Assembly: GCA_963803435.1 (NCBI GenBank)
Contig: CAWDML010000005.1
Location: forward strand, 128,001 to 192,000
Length of the DNA stretch: 64,000 nt
Direction: 5' to 3'
DNA from: an uncultured delta proteobacterium
GTDB lineage: Bacteria; Myxococcota; Kuafuiibacteriia; Kuafuiibacteriales; Kuafuiibacteriaceae
Part shown: positions 52,683-63,057 of the stretch, in pieces
Numbering within the stretch: position 1 is the first letter of the stretch
How the letters are laid out: each line of letters begins with the position of its first letter
The notes under the pieces: model-generated
Seen by the model: the letters and a program-made list of their open reading frames with translations, nothing else
Told to the model about the DNA's origin: nothing
The model's database searches: none
Program-made: the position numbers and the translations under genes

Positions 52683-52709
52683 CGCGGCGGGCTGTAGCAT
52701 ACTCTTCGC

Positions 52710-53645
52710 GTGGAGTACTACTTCAAGCGTTACGGCGACCTCGAGCTGCAACGCAGGATGGTGTCCGACCGCGCTCGGACCGATGCGTTTGCGGCGGCGA
52801 TCCGTGAGCTCGTCCGACCGACCGACACGGTGCTCGACGTGGGCACGGGCACCGGGGTCCTCGCGATGCTGGCGGCGAAGGCAGGCGCGAGAAAGGTCTA
52901 CGCGGTGGATCAGTCGGACATCGCCGACACGGCGATCCGACTGGTGGCAGAGAATGCGCTCGCTGATCGGGTCGAGGTGATCAAGGGCGCCGCCGCGGAG
53001 CTGGTGCTTCCCGAGAAGGTCGACCTCCTGGTCAGCGAGTGGCTCGGGCACGTCGCGTTCGTCGAGGGGATGCTGACCGACGTCCTGAAGGCGCGCGATC
53101 ACAACCTGGCCGAGGGCGGCCGCATGCTCCCGGCGCGCGTGCGGGTGAAGCTGGCGCCCGTCGGCGATCCGGTCCTGTATTCGCTCGAGGGTCCGGGCTT
53201 CTGGCGGAAGCCGGTGCACGGTATCGACTTCAGCTCGCTCGAGGCCGCGGAGCTGAAGCAGGGGCGTGCGCTCCAGATCCGCGTCGAGCACGCCGCGCTC
53301 CTCGCGCCCGGTGAGCGGCTCACCGAGGTCGACGTCGAGACGTGCCGCGCGGCCGACGCCTGGGGCTCAGGAACTGCAACCTATGTTGCAGAACGTGACG
53401 GTGTTGTCGACGGCTTCTGCGCGTGGTTCGAGGCGATGCTCTCACCGAGCGTCACGCTCTCCACGGCGCCGGGTCGTCAGGAGACGCACTGGGCTCAGAC
53501 CTACTTCCCGTTTGCGCCTTACCCGGTCCGGCGCGGGGATCGGATCGATGTCGAGTGGACGCTGGCCGAGCACCCCGAGGAGTACCGCTACACGACACTG
53601 GCGCTGCGGGCGAACGACCACGAGCAGATCTACGACCTCGAGTGA
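52710..53645 (+). CDS. Protein arginine N-methyltransferase-like (type I PRMT motifs)
   Basis: YYFKRY, VLDVGTGTG, VSEWLGHVAFVE double-E loop, ETHWAQ THW loop. Confidence 0.85.
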   Translation: MEYYFKRYGDLELQRRMVSDRARTDAFAAAIRELVRPTDTVLDVGTGTGVLAMLAAKAGARKVYAVDQSDIADTAIRLVAENALADRVEVIKGAAAELVLPEKVDLLVSEWLGHVAFVEGMLTDVLKARDHNLAEGGRMLPARVRVKLAPVGDPVLYSLEGPGFWRKPVHGIDFSSLEAAELKQGRALQIRVEHAALLAPGERLTEVDVETCRAADAWGSGTATYVAERDGVVDGFCAWFEAMLSPSVTLSTAPGRQETHWAQTYFPFAPYPVRRGDRIDVEWTLAEHPEEYRYTTLALRANDHEQIYDLE

Positions 53646-55050
53646 TCACTCCGAGGCGAGATCGGAAACGATCCCGGTCATCACCTCGATCGCGCTGGCG
53701 AGGGACTCGAGTGAGATCCGCTCGTTTCGTCCACGGATGCGGGCGAGGTCGCGCCGTCGCACCGGGATCGGCGCGAAGCCGTAGACGCGCACGCCCAGGC
53801 GGCGGAGGTGCCGCGCGTCGGTCGCCTCGAGCCCGAGGACCGGCGCGACCACCTCGCCCTCGTGCGCGGCCCGATCGGCGACCGCGCGCAGCACGCGCTC
53901 CGAGACCGGGCTGGCGGTGGCCTCGGCGCCGCTCTGGATCGTCACGTGGATGTCGGGATCGCCAGATCCAGGCCCGGATCTCGGGCTCCAGGTCTCCGGG
54001 CCGGCGCCCGGGGAGGAGCTCCGCCGTCAGGAGCGCGCGGGCGCGATCCGGAGAGCTGCGGCCCCCGGTTCGCCCGCTGCGCAAGGTCGACACCTCAATC
54101 ATGTCGGTGAAGTACGGCTCGGTGGCCGGATCGTTCGCGTACGAAGAGAGGAGCAGCAGGCGGGTCAACACCGGCGACGAGAGCACCGTGCTCTTCGGGA
54201 AGAGCGCGGCGTCGGCGAGGTGGGCGAAGGTCTCGGCGACGGCCGGAACGAGCCGCGGGGCGCGGGGTTGATCGAACAGGCGCGCCAGCCCCTCCGAGAG
54301 CTTCACGCTGGCGGGCCGATCGCCCGGGCCGCGATCGACCGCAGCCACCTCGACGAACGCGAAGCCCTTCTCAGTGGTGGCGACCCCGTGGACCACGACG
54401 CCGTCGAACAGATCGAGGTAGCTGTAGCCGCCCTCGCCCAGCGCCAGCGTGGCCGTCGCGACCTCGGGGTGCGCCTGGACCACCGCCCGGATCCCGAGCT
54501 CTTCGCCGCGGGCGCCGTCCGCCGTGGAGATGAGGATCAGATCGCGCGCCAGCGGCGTGTGCGCCAGGGCGGCCAGCGCGGCGGCGTGAAGGACCGCCAG
54601 CCCCTTGCCGTCGAGGACGCCCCGGCCATGAAGCTCGCCGTCCACAATGCGCGCCTCGAACGGCCCCTCCTCCTTGGTCCAGGTGGTGGGGTCCGCCGGA
54701 AACACGTCGAGGTGGGACAGCAAGACCAGTGGTCGCGTTCCGACACGCCCCGAGTGCACCCGTCCGAAGACGCTGGCGCGGCCGGGTGTTGCGGGCACGA
54801 GCTGGGCCTCGACTCCGGCGCGCGACAAGAACTGGGCGAGGAGCTCGGCGGCAGGGGCCTCGTTGCCGGGAGGATTCGTCGTGTCCTCGCGCACGAGATC
54901 GATCAGGAGCGCGCGGGCCTTCACCTGGAGCGCCGTCCAGTCGACCGCGGGTAGAGGTCGATGCTCGGATCGACTCCCGTAGCGCGGGACGGTTCCGCCG
55001 CAAGCGACGACGAGAACGAGCACGGCCGGCCAGCGGCCAAGGCGACCCAT
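53646..55050 (-). CDS. M20/M25/M40 family metallohydrolase lipoprotein (frameshift near 53965)
   Basis: DTTNPPGNE, LLSHLDV, GRGVLDGKG, EGG; C-terminal ATDARHLR..YGFAP..NERI in another frame. Confidence 0.85.
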
Positions 55051-55145
55051 GCTCGCGCCTTCGTTAGCCGACCGAGTGGCTCCCGTCGAGAAAATCGGGA
55101 TCTTCTGGACGTGTATGCGGGCGGTGTTGTACCCGTTGAAGGTAC

Positions 55146-55706
55146 GTGGCGGGTCTCGACCTACCAGTGAAGCTCCGGCGCGGCCTCGGGAACGGAAAGG
55201 TCGTACCGGCCGAGGAGCTGTCGAAGCGGCTCGCGCCGTACGATCGCGACAAGGACGGCTCCGTCACCCAGGAGGAGCTGATCCGCTTCCTCGAGAAGAA
55301 CCGTGTGGGCGGTCCCTGGTTCTGCCAGGTCCTGGCGAAGACGCTCTGGCGCATCGTCGAGGAGCGCTGGGGCCAGGAGGTCGCGTCCATCTCGCTCGAG
55401 GGGCTGGGCCGCATCATCAACTACAGCATGTCGGCGCCCCCGCGACCGGAGAAGCGGTACGTCCTCGAGCCTGAGGCGATCCGCGGGCTCAAGCCCAAGC
55501 TGACGCTCGAGGAGTATCGAGCGGAGCAGCAGGGCCTGCCCAAGCCCGTGCGCGAGAAGCCGCCGGAGGACGGGGCCGCCTCGTCCGCCTCGAAGCCGGC
55601 CTCGAGCACCGCCGCACCGCGCCCGCGTCCGACGCCGCGTCCCAGCCCGCACGGCGCGCGCCGTCCTGCGCCCCGTCCGAGCGGTCGCCCGAAGCCGCGG
55701 AAGTGA
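55146..55706 (+). CDS. EF-hand protein with Pro/Arg-rich tail
   Basis: DRDKDGSVTQEE loop; low-complexity C-terminus. Confidence 0.65.
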   Translation: MAGLDLPVKLRRGLGNGKVVPAEELSKRLAPYDRDKDGSVTQEELIRFLEKNRVGGPWFCQVLAKTLWRIVEERWGQEVASISLEGLGRIINYSMSAPPRPEKRYVLEPEAIRGLKPKLTLEEYRAEQQGLPKPVREKPPEDGAASSASKPASSTAAPRPRPTPRPSPHGARRPAPRPSGRPKPRK

Positions 55707-56594
55707 AGCTCCCGGAGAGCGCGCGCGGGGCGCGCTTCAATCACGCCGTACATGCGCTCCTCGTCGAGGCCGGCCGCGACGTCTCGGTACGCGAGGTGCG
55801 GCGCGCGCTCGAGGCCGGACGGATCAAGGTCGAGGGCCGTCGCGTCGCTCCCGGAGCCCGCGCCGCCGGAGACGAGTCGATCGAATCTCGAGCCCTTCGT
55901 GGCGCGAAGCGAGAACCTGATCGCGCCGGAGCCGGAGCTGCTCGAACGCGTCACGGTGATCCATCGCGGACCAGATCTCGTCGTGCTCGACAAGCCGGCC
56001 GGCATGGCGGTGGAGCCGCTGGTACCGAACGAGCGCGGCACGCTGCTCGGCGCCGCAGTTGCGCTCGAGGCCGAGATCGCGACCGCCGGACCGCCGCTCG
56101 AGGGCGGGCTCGTCCACCGTCTCGACATCGGCACCTCGGGGCTGGTGGTGTTCGCGCGCCACGCCGAGCTTCGGGCGGAGCTCCGGCGAGCGTTCGGTGA
56201 GCACCGCGTGATCAAGCGCTACCTCGCGGTGGTCGCAGGAGGTGCGATCACCGGGCCGCGCGTGGTCGAAGGTGCGATCGCACCCGGTCCCTCCAAGGAT
56301 CGGGTCCGGCTGGCGGCGCCCGATGATCCGCGAGGCCTGTTCGCCGAGACCGAGGTGGAGCTCGTCGCGCGCGCCGGCGATCGCGCGCTGGTCCGCGCCA
56401 CCACGCGCTTCGGGCGCCGGCACCAGGTGCGCGCGCATCTGGCCTCGATCGGGGCCGCCATCCTCGGAGACGAGCTCTACGGCGACACCCCGGCCGCCCG
56501 CCTGGCGCTCCACGCCGCCGAGATCACGCTCCCGGACGCCGGCGTCTTCTCTTCGCCGCTCCCCGACGACCTGAAGCGTATGCTGGAGCCGTGA
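55703..56594 (+). CDS. RluA/RluD family pseudouridine synthase (frameshift near 55885)
   Basis: S4-like N-terminus; DKPAG, VHRLDIGTSG, KRYLA, GRRHQVRAHL, GDELYG, LALHA. Confidence 0.9.
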
Positions 56595-57097
56595 GGCCGG
56601 CGATGCGCCCCCTCGCCTTCGCGCTCCTCTTGGCCGCGTGTGCCGGCCCGAAGGGCGTTGCGCTGCCCGAGGGGCATGTGGCGCTCCGCCTCGTGTCGCC
56701 GGACGGCGGAGACCCGATCACGCTGGGCGCGCTGCGCGGAAAGGTGGTCCTGGTGACGGTCGTGACGACCTGGTCTGACTACGCGCTCCTCGAGGTTCCC
56801 CGGTTCAAAGCGCTCGCCGAGAAGCACGCCGGCGAGCTCGCGATCGTCTGCATCGTCCTCGATGAGGATCCCCGCATGGCCCAGATCTTCCGCGACACCT
56901 TCGAGATTCCCTATCCGGTGACGATGGTCGGCGATCCGAAGACCTTCATGTCGGAGCGCGGGCCGTTCGGCGCCATCACGCTGATCCCGACCTCGATCCT
57001 CCTCGATCGAGAGGGCAACGTCGCCGCGCGCATGGATGGAATGTGGCCGGCCAAGGTCCTCGAAGAGGTCGTTCAAAAAGTTGCGGGCGGGATCTGA
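56591..57097 (+). CDS. TlpA-like thioredoxin-fold lipoprotein lacking CxxC
   Basis: LAAC; LGALRGKVVLV..TTWSDYA; IPTSILLDREGNV. Confidence 0.75.
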   Translation: MRPAMRPLAFALLLAACAGPKGVALPEGHVALRLVSPDGGDPITLGALRGKVVLVTVVTTWSDYALLEVPRFKALAEKHAGELAIVCIVLDEDPRMAQIFRDTFEIPYPVTMVGDPKTFMSERGPFGAITLIPTSILLDREGNVAARMDGMWPAKVLEEVVQKVAGGI

Positions 57098-57145
57098 GCA
57101 CTCTAGTCTACTCTCGTCTCTCGACCCTCGATCCGCGACGCAAAC

Positions 57146-57439
57146 ATGCGCAGCTGGCTCATCAAGCTCTGGGCGATGACCGGTGGGTTGCTGGTCGTCG
57201 TGCTCCTCGGCGCCGCGCTCTTTGGCGCTGACGGCGTCACGCGTCACGAGCGCCTGCGCAACGAGCTCGCCGAGGTGAACACGCTCAACGCCAAGCTGGC
57301 GGCCGACAACCGCCGGCTCGCGATCGAGGCCGAGGCGCTGCGGCACGACCCCGGCTACATCGAGGCCACCATCCGCGACGAGCTCGGCTGGGTCCGCAGC
57401 GACGAGCTGATCTTCATCTTCCCGCCGGAGGAGAAGTGA
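57146..57439 (+). CDS. ftsB: Septum formation initiator FtsB/DivIC
   Basis: TM, coiled coil, DPGYIEATIRDELGWVRSDELIF. Confidence 0.85.
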   Translation: MRSWLIKLWAMTGGLLVVVLLGAALFGADGVTRHERLRNELAEVNTLNAKLAADNRRLAIEAEALRHDPGYIEATIRDELGWVRSDELIFIFPPEEK

Positions 57440-59498
57440 TCCGGCGCGCCGTCGCTGTGCTCGCGTCGCTCGCCGCCCTCGGCGCCCTCGCGTTCGAGGT
57501 GCCCGGTCTGCCCCCGGGTCGCAAGGGCTGGCCCGGGGGCTCTTGCTGCTGGCGGTGATCCTGCTGGCCGTCGGCGAGCGCCCCCACTGGGCGGTGGGAC
57601 CGTCGCTCCTCTCGCTGGTCTATGCGCTGGTCCTCCCCGCCGGGCCGTCGCTCTATCCGCTCGTCTATCTGTACTGCGCCGTCGCCGCGAGCTCGTTCGC
57701 CGCCTCAGGCGCGCTCTTGACCGGGGCGCTGGTGGCGGCCTTCGAGGCGGCGCTGTTCCTCCGCGGCGCGACCACCGCGAGCCAGCTCGCCTCTCATCTG
57801 GCGTTCTCTGCGCTCTTCGCGTCGCTGTTCGCGGCCCTGCTCCGGCGCCAGATCCGCTCGATCGAGGAGAGCCGGACCCGCGCGGTCGGCGAGGCCCTCG
57901 AGCGGATCGATCAGGACGCCCGCGACTTCCGCCTCATCGGCTCCGCGCTCGGGCCCGAGAGCCGCAACCGCCAGCCCGAACAGATCGCCCGCGCGCGGCA
58001 GGTCGGGAGCGTCCGCGCCATCCGGGAGTCGATGGTGGACGTACTCGAGGTCGCGCGTCTGGCCGTCGACGCCGACGAGGCCATGATCTTCATGCTCGAC
58101 GCCGACGGGGAGCGCCTCCGCCTCAAGGAGTGCGTGGCGCGCGAGCCCGGGCCGGCCGTCGAACGCGGTGAGGCGCGGAGCGAGCCGATGAGCGAGGGCG
58201 CCCTCTGTGCGGTGATCAAGACGGGCCGGCCGGTGTACATGCGGCCGCGCGCCGGCGGCAAAGGCCTCGGCTATCGCGTCCGTCGCGAGGTGAAGAGCTT
58301 CCTCGGCGTGCCCATCGAGCGCGACGGGCGCACCGCCGGCGTGCTCTGCGTCGATCGCGAAGTCAGCGAGGACTTCGTCGACCGCGACGAGCAGGTGCTC
58401 TCGGCGGTGGCGCGCGAGGCCGAGCGGGCGATGGAGTCGGAGCGCATCTTCGCCGAGATGGACAAGGTGAAGTACGAGCAGGAGCGCTTCTACGAGGCGT
58501 TCTCGCTGCTCAACGAGGCGCTGACGGTCGATGTCTTCGCGGGCGCGCTCATCGAGGCGGTCTCACGGATCAAGCCCGTCGACTTCCTGGTGGTGTCGAT
58601 GTTCGATCGACAGAAGCAGGAGCACACGATCGTGGCTGCGCGCGGCGCCGAAAAGCTGGCCGGAGCGAGCTACCGTAGCCGGGCGGGCGGCTTGGTGGCG
58701 ACCGCGCTCAAGAACGGGCACCCGCTGCCCTACGTCCCGCTGTCCGCGCAGTCGGCGAAGAGCAAGCTCCAGCTGTTCTCGCCCAAGCTCTCGGTGCCGG
58801 ACCTCGCCTCGGTGAAGGTCTTCCCGCTGCTCGATCGCGGCCAGCCCCTCGGCGCGCTGGTCGTCGGCTCCACCGTCGGTGGGCGCGAGCTCTCGCGCGA
58901 AGAGGAGCGGATGCTCGAGACCGTGTCGGTCCACGCCGCGCGGACGCTGGCGAACGCGCAGATGTTCCAGCGAATGGAGATGATGGCGACCACCGACGGC
59001 CTCACCGGTCTCGTCAACCATCGCCGCTTCAAGGAGCTGCTCGGCGAGGCGCTGGCCCGCGCCAAGCGGTTCTCCCGCAAGGTCTCGGTGCTGATGGTGG
59101 ACGCCGATCACTTCAAGACCGTCAACGACACCTACGGCCATCCCGTCGGCGACCTGGTGCTCCAGCGGATCGCCAAGATCCTTCAAACCGAGGCCCGGCG
59201 GACGGACGTGGTGGCCCGCTACGGAGGTGAGGAGTTCGTGGTGGTCCTCGACGAGACCGACCTGAGGGGGGCCCGGTCGGTGGCCGAGCGGATCCGCGAG
59301 CGGATCGAGGGGGAGCCCATCCAGGGCGAGTTCGGCCGAGTGAGGGTGACCGCGAGCCTGGGGCTCTCCGCGTGGCCGGAGCACGCGGAGTCGATGGAGG
59401 ATCTGCTCGAACGGGCCGATCAGGCCCTCTACGAGGCGAAGAAGAACGGCCGAAATCGGGTCGAGGTTCACGGCGGCCTCTCGACGGAGGCCGCATAG
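57436..59498 (+). CDS. Membrane GAF-GAF-GGDEF diguanylate cyclase (frameshift near 57535)
   Basis: GTGA overlap with ftsB; TDGLTGL, DADHFKTVNDTYGH, RRTD I-site, RYGGEEF, ADQALYEAK. Confidence 0.92.
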
Positions 59499-59534
59499 CT
59501 GGCTATATCTCCCGGCCACATCGGGTTTACGGCC

Positions 59535-60848
59535 TTGAAGAAGAACTTCGTCCTCGACACCAACGTCCTGCTCCACGATCCGGGCTCCATCTACGCGTTC
59601 GAGGATAACAACGTGATCATCCCGATCTATGTGATCGAGGAGATCGACAAGTTCAAACGCGACCTCAGCGAGCTGGGCCGGTCGGCGCGCGAGGTGAGCC
59701 GGAGTCTCGACGAGCTCCGCCAGGACGGAAAGATCGCCGAGGGCGTCGAGCTCGACGGCGGCGGTCGCCTGCGGGTGGCGTTCACCGCCAAGCGGATCCC
59801 GGAGGAGGCGCTCCAGGATCGGCACACCATCGACAACAAGATCCTCGCGGTCGCGCTCGACGTGAAGGAGAACGACGGCGACGCGCGCACGGTCCTGGTC
59901 ACCAAGGACGTCAACCTGCGCCTGCGCGCCGACGCGCTGGGCCTGGAGGCCGAGGACTACGATCACGACCGCGTCGAGATCACCGAGCTGTACACCGGCG
60001 TGATGGAGATGGAGCTCGGCGGCGAGGAGATCGATCTCTTCTACAAGCAGAGCTTCCTGCCGCTGAACGACCTCTACCACTTCCCGAACGAGTTCGTGCA
60101 TCTCAAGGACCGCGCGAACCCGAGCCACTCGGCGCTCGGCAAGGTCTCGCTCGAGCAGGAGCGCGTCGTTCCGATCACCCGACTCAAGGACGGCGTCTGG
60201 GGCATCCGCCCGCGCAACAAGGAGCAGTCGTTCGCCATCGATCTCTTGATGGACGACTCGGTGAAGCTGGTGACGCTGGTGGGCAAGGCGGGCACCGGCA
60301 AGACGCTCCTCGCCATCGCGGCCGGGCTGCACAAAGCCACCGAGGAGGCCAAATATCAGCGCGTGTTGGTCTCACGACCGATCTTCCCGCTCGGCAAGGA
60401 CATCGGCTACCTGCCCGGCACCATCGAGGAGAAGCTTTCGCCCTGGATGCAGCCGATCTTCGACAACGTCGAGTTCCTGATGGGGCTGTCGAACGACGAG
60501 AAGAAGGGCGGCCGCAGCTACCGCGAGCTGATCGATCTCGGCATTCTCCAGATCGAGCCGCTCACGTATATCCGCGGCCGCTCGATCCCGAACCAGTTCA
60601 TGGTGGTGGACGAGGCGCAGAACCTGACGCCGCACGAGGTGAAGACGATCGTCTCGCGGGTCGGCGAGGGCACGAAGATCGTCCTCACCGGCGACCCCTA
60701 TCAGATCGACAACCCCTACATGGACTCGACCAACAACGGGCTCGTGCACGTGGTGAATCGATTCCGTCCGGAGCGCATCGCCGGACACGTCACCCTGCTC
60801 AAAGGTGAACGCTCCGAGCTGGCCGAGCTGGCCGCGAACCTGCTTTGA
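59535..60848 (+). CDS. PIN + PhoH family ATPase
   Basis: VLDTNVLLHDP, VTKDVNLR, GKAGTGKT, IRGRS, DEAQN, GDPYQID. Confidence 0.95.
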   Translation: MKKNFVLDTNVLLHDPGSIYAFEDNNVIIPIYVIEEIDKFKRDLSELGRSAREVSRSLDELRQDGKIAEGVELDGGGRLRVAFTAKRIPEEALQDRHTIDNKILAVALDVKENDGDARTVLVTKDVNLRLRADALGLEAEDYDHDRVEITELYTGVMEMELGGEEIDLFYKQSFLPLNDLYHFPNEFVHLKDRANPSHSALGKVSLEQERVVPITRLKDGVWGIRPRNKEQSFAIDLLMDDSVKLVTLVGKAGTGKTLLAIAAGLHKATEEAKYQRVLVSRPIFPLGKDIGYLPGTIEEKLSPWMQPIFDNVEFLMGLSNDEKKGGRSYRELIDLGILQIEPLTYIRGRSIPNQFMVVDEAQNLTPHEVKTIVSRVGEGTKIVLTGDPYQIDNPYMDSTNNGLVHVVNRFRPERIAGHVTLLKGERSELAELAANLL

Positions 60849-60883
60849 CGGGCGGTCGGCCCGGCATGATAAAGTGACGCGCC

Positions 60884-61294
60884 ATGCACGTCGCGCTCGC
60901 GCTCGTCCTGGGGATCGCCGTTTTGGGCAGCCCGGCGGACCAGACCACGAAGAAGTACACGCTCGACCTCAGCCAGACCACCAAGGAGGTCAAGACGGGG
61001 CAGAGCGGGTTGCTCTACCTGCACATCGTGCCCGAGCCCGGCTATCACGTGAGCCCCGAGGCTCCGCTCAAGATCAACCTCACCGCCGACGGCCTGAAGC
61101 TGCACAAGACGCAGCTCGGTCACGACGACGCCAAGGACAAGAAGAGCGAGGCGCCCGAGTTCGGGGTGAAGTTCGCGACCAAGGAGCAAGGCGACAAGTC
61201 GATCGCGGTCGACGCCACGTTCTTCGTCTGCGACGAGAAGATCTGCGAGCGACGGCAGGAGAAGCTGACCGTCGCGATCAACGTGAAGCCGTGA
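60884..61294 (+). CDS. Exported hypothetical protein (DsbD N-terminal-like)
   Basis: Signal peptide; PGYHV..AP; FFVCDEKIC. Confidence 0.7.
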   Translation: MHVALALVLGIAVLGSPADQTTKKYTLDLSQTTKEVKTGQSGLLYLHIVPEPGYHVSPEAPLKINLTADGLKLHKTQLGHDDAKDKKSEAPEFGVKFATKEQGDKSIAVDATFFVCDEKICERRQEKLTVAINVKP

Positions 61295-61300
61295 GCGGCC

Positions 61301-62713
61301 GTGGGGAAGAGCGTCCTCCTCATCGTGGTCGACAACCCCGCCCACCGGGTGTTGTTCAACAGGTATCTCAAGGCCACGCCGCACAGCCTCGTCTTCGCCG
61401 TCGACGGTGAGGACGGATTCGATCGCTTCGCCGAGATCAAGCCCGACCTGGTGATCGCGCACGTCAACGCTGCGCGCCTCGACGGCACCATCCTCTGCCA
61501 GCTGATCCGACAGCAGGCGGGCGGCCGCGAGGTGCCATTCGTGCTGATCGGCGAGGAGTTCGTCGACCCGGTCATCGGCAACCACCGGAAGAAGGCCGTC
61601 GGGGCCGACGCATTCCTGCCCATCCCTTTCAACAAGTCCCTGCTCGTCCAGTGCATCACGCCGCTGCTCGCCTTCGGACGCCCGGCCGAGGAGGAGGTGG
61701 GACCCTCGTGGGAGGACGCCGATCCGCCGACGGCCCCCATCGCCGAGATCCCGGACGACGCGCCGATCACGCGCAACGAGGAGTCGGACCTCGATACGGT
61801 GGTCAGCTTCAAGAACCCGTTCTACCGGCCGGAGGTGGAGACCTCGGGCGACGACTTCAACGCGATGATCGCGGGCCAGGACGGACCCACCGAGCTCCAC
61901 CCAGAGGACGAACCGCTCGAGAGCGCCCGCAAGATCGCCGACCCCGCCGAGCGGAACCACCGCGCGATCCAGAGCTCCGAGGAGTCGCCGACCGGCCCGG
62001 ATCATACGGATCCCCTGGACGAGCCCAGGATCGATCCGGCACCGCGCCTCGATCGGCCGACCAAGTCGGATCTGATCCTGGAGCCGGTGCGCGAGCAGAC
62101 GCCCAGCGCCTCTCACGAGCAGCGCATCAGCCAGCTCCGTGCCTCGGCGCCGCCCGGTCCGCGTCGGGGCCTCGACGAGAGCCAGCTGGGCAAGCGCCTG
62201 GCGAAGCGCGTCCGCACCATGTACCGGCTGCTGGATCACGTGGACTACTACCGGATCCTCGGCCTGGAGCCGGCGGCGACCATCGATCAGATCACGGGCG
62301 CGTACTTCGAGCACTCGCTCGAGTTCCACCCGGATCGCTTCTTCCTGCTCCGCTCGGGCGACCTGAAGGAGAAGATCTACGAGATCTATCGCGTCGTCGG
62401 CCAGGCGTACCGCGTGCTGAGCGACGCGCGGGCGCGCGCCGAGTACGACGCCAGCCGGGCCGCCGGTGCCTCGGCGCCCGCGCCGCCGGTGGCGCTGATC
62501 CGACCGATCGAGACCAGACGAAAGGGCAGCCTCGAGATCCCGACGCACACGCTGGAGGCCGAGCGGTTCGTCGGCCTCGCCAGCGAGGCGATCGACGACG
62601 GCGATCTCAACGGCGCCCGCCTCCACCTCCACCTGGCCCTCACCTACGAGCGCGGCAACGGGGCTCTCAAGGACGCGCTCGCCGACGTGGCGCGGCGGCT
62701 CCGACCCCGCTGA
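61301..62713 (+). CDS. Atypical receiver + acidic linker + J-domain protein
   Basis: REC-like N-terminus; DYYRILGL..EFHPDRF..AYRVLSD..RAEYD. Confidence 0.85.
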   Translation: MGKSVLLIVVDNPAHRVLFNRYLKATPHSLVFAVDGEDGFDRFAEIKPDLVIAHVNAARLDGTILCQLIRQQAGGREVPFVLIGEEFVDPVIGNHRKKAVGADAFLPIPFNKSLLVQCITPLLAFGRPAEEEVGPSWEDADPPTAPIAEIPDDAPITRNEESDLDTVVSFKNPFYRPEVETSGDDFNAMIAGQDGPTELHPEDEPLESARKIADPAERNHRAIQSSEESPTGPDHTDPLDEPRIDPAPRLDRPTKSDLILEPVREQTPSASHEQRISQLRASAPPGPRRGLDESQLGKRLAKRVRTMYRLLDHVDYYRILGLEPAATIDQITGAYFEHSLEFHPDRFFLLRSGDLKEKIYEIYRVVGQAYRVLSDARARAEYDASRAAGASAPAPPVALIRPIETRRKGSLEIPTHTLEAERFVGLASEAIDDGDLNGARLHLHLALTYERGNGALKDALADVARRLRPR

Positions 62714-62742
62714 AAAAAAAGGCCCGCCGGAGCGGGCCTTTC
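62713..62742. terminator. Intrinsic terminator between convergent units
   Basis: A8-GGCCCGC-CGGA-GCGGGCC-TTT hairpin; U-tract on the minus (tRNA) strand. Confidence 0.85.
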
Positions 62743-62750
62743 AACAAGGA

Positions 62751-62840
62751 TGGCGGAGAGACCGGGATTCGAACCCGGGAAGCAGTTTCCCGCTTACTGG
62801 TTTAGCAAACCAGCGCCTTCAGCCTCTCGGCCACCTCTCC
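62751..62840 (-). tRNA. tRNA-Ser(GCT)
   Basis: GGAGAGG acceptor stem, anticodon arm CTGGT-TTGCTAA-ACCAG, long variable arm, GGTTCGAATCC, encoded CCA. Confidence 0.96.
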
Positions 62841-62868
62841 GTCCACACTCTCAAACTCAAAGAACTCG

Positions 62869-62955
62869 CGGAGCAGGAGGGATTCGAACCCCCGGTACGC
62901 TTTCACGTACGGCGGTTTTCAAAACCGCTGCCTTCAGCCACTCGGCCACTGCTCC
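62869..62955 (-). tRNA. tRNA-Ser(TGA)
   Basis: GGAGCAG acceptor stem, anticodon arm GCGGT-TTTGAAA-ACCGC, long variable arm, GGTTCGAATCC; no encoded CCA. Confidence 0.96.
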
Positions 62956-63057
62956 CGGCAGCTCCCGCGTGACTACAACGCCGCTCCGGCAGCGTCTATA
63001 GACACCGTGTCGGGATGAATGCAACTACCCCCTGGATGGGTTAGAGAATCCCGCGAC

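Noticed and set aside
62751-62955. tRNA-anchored genomic island or selenocysteine tRNA
   Set aside because: Both are ordinary tRNA-Ser (GCT, TGA anticodons); no integrase or duplicated tRNA 3' end seen in the window
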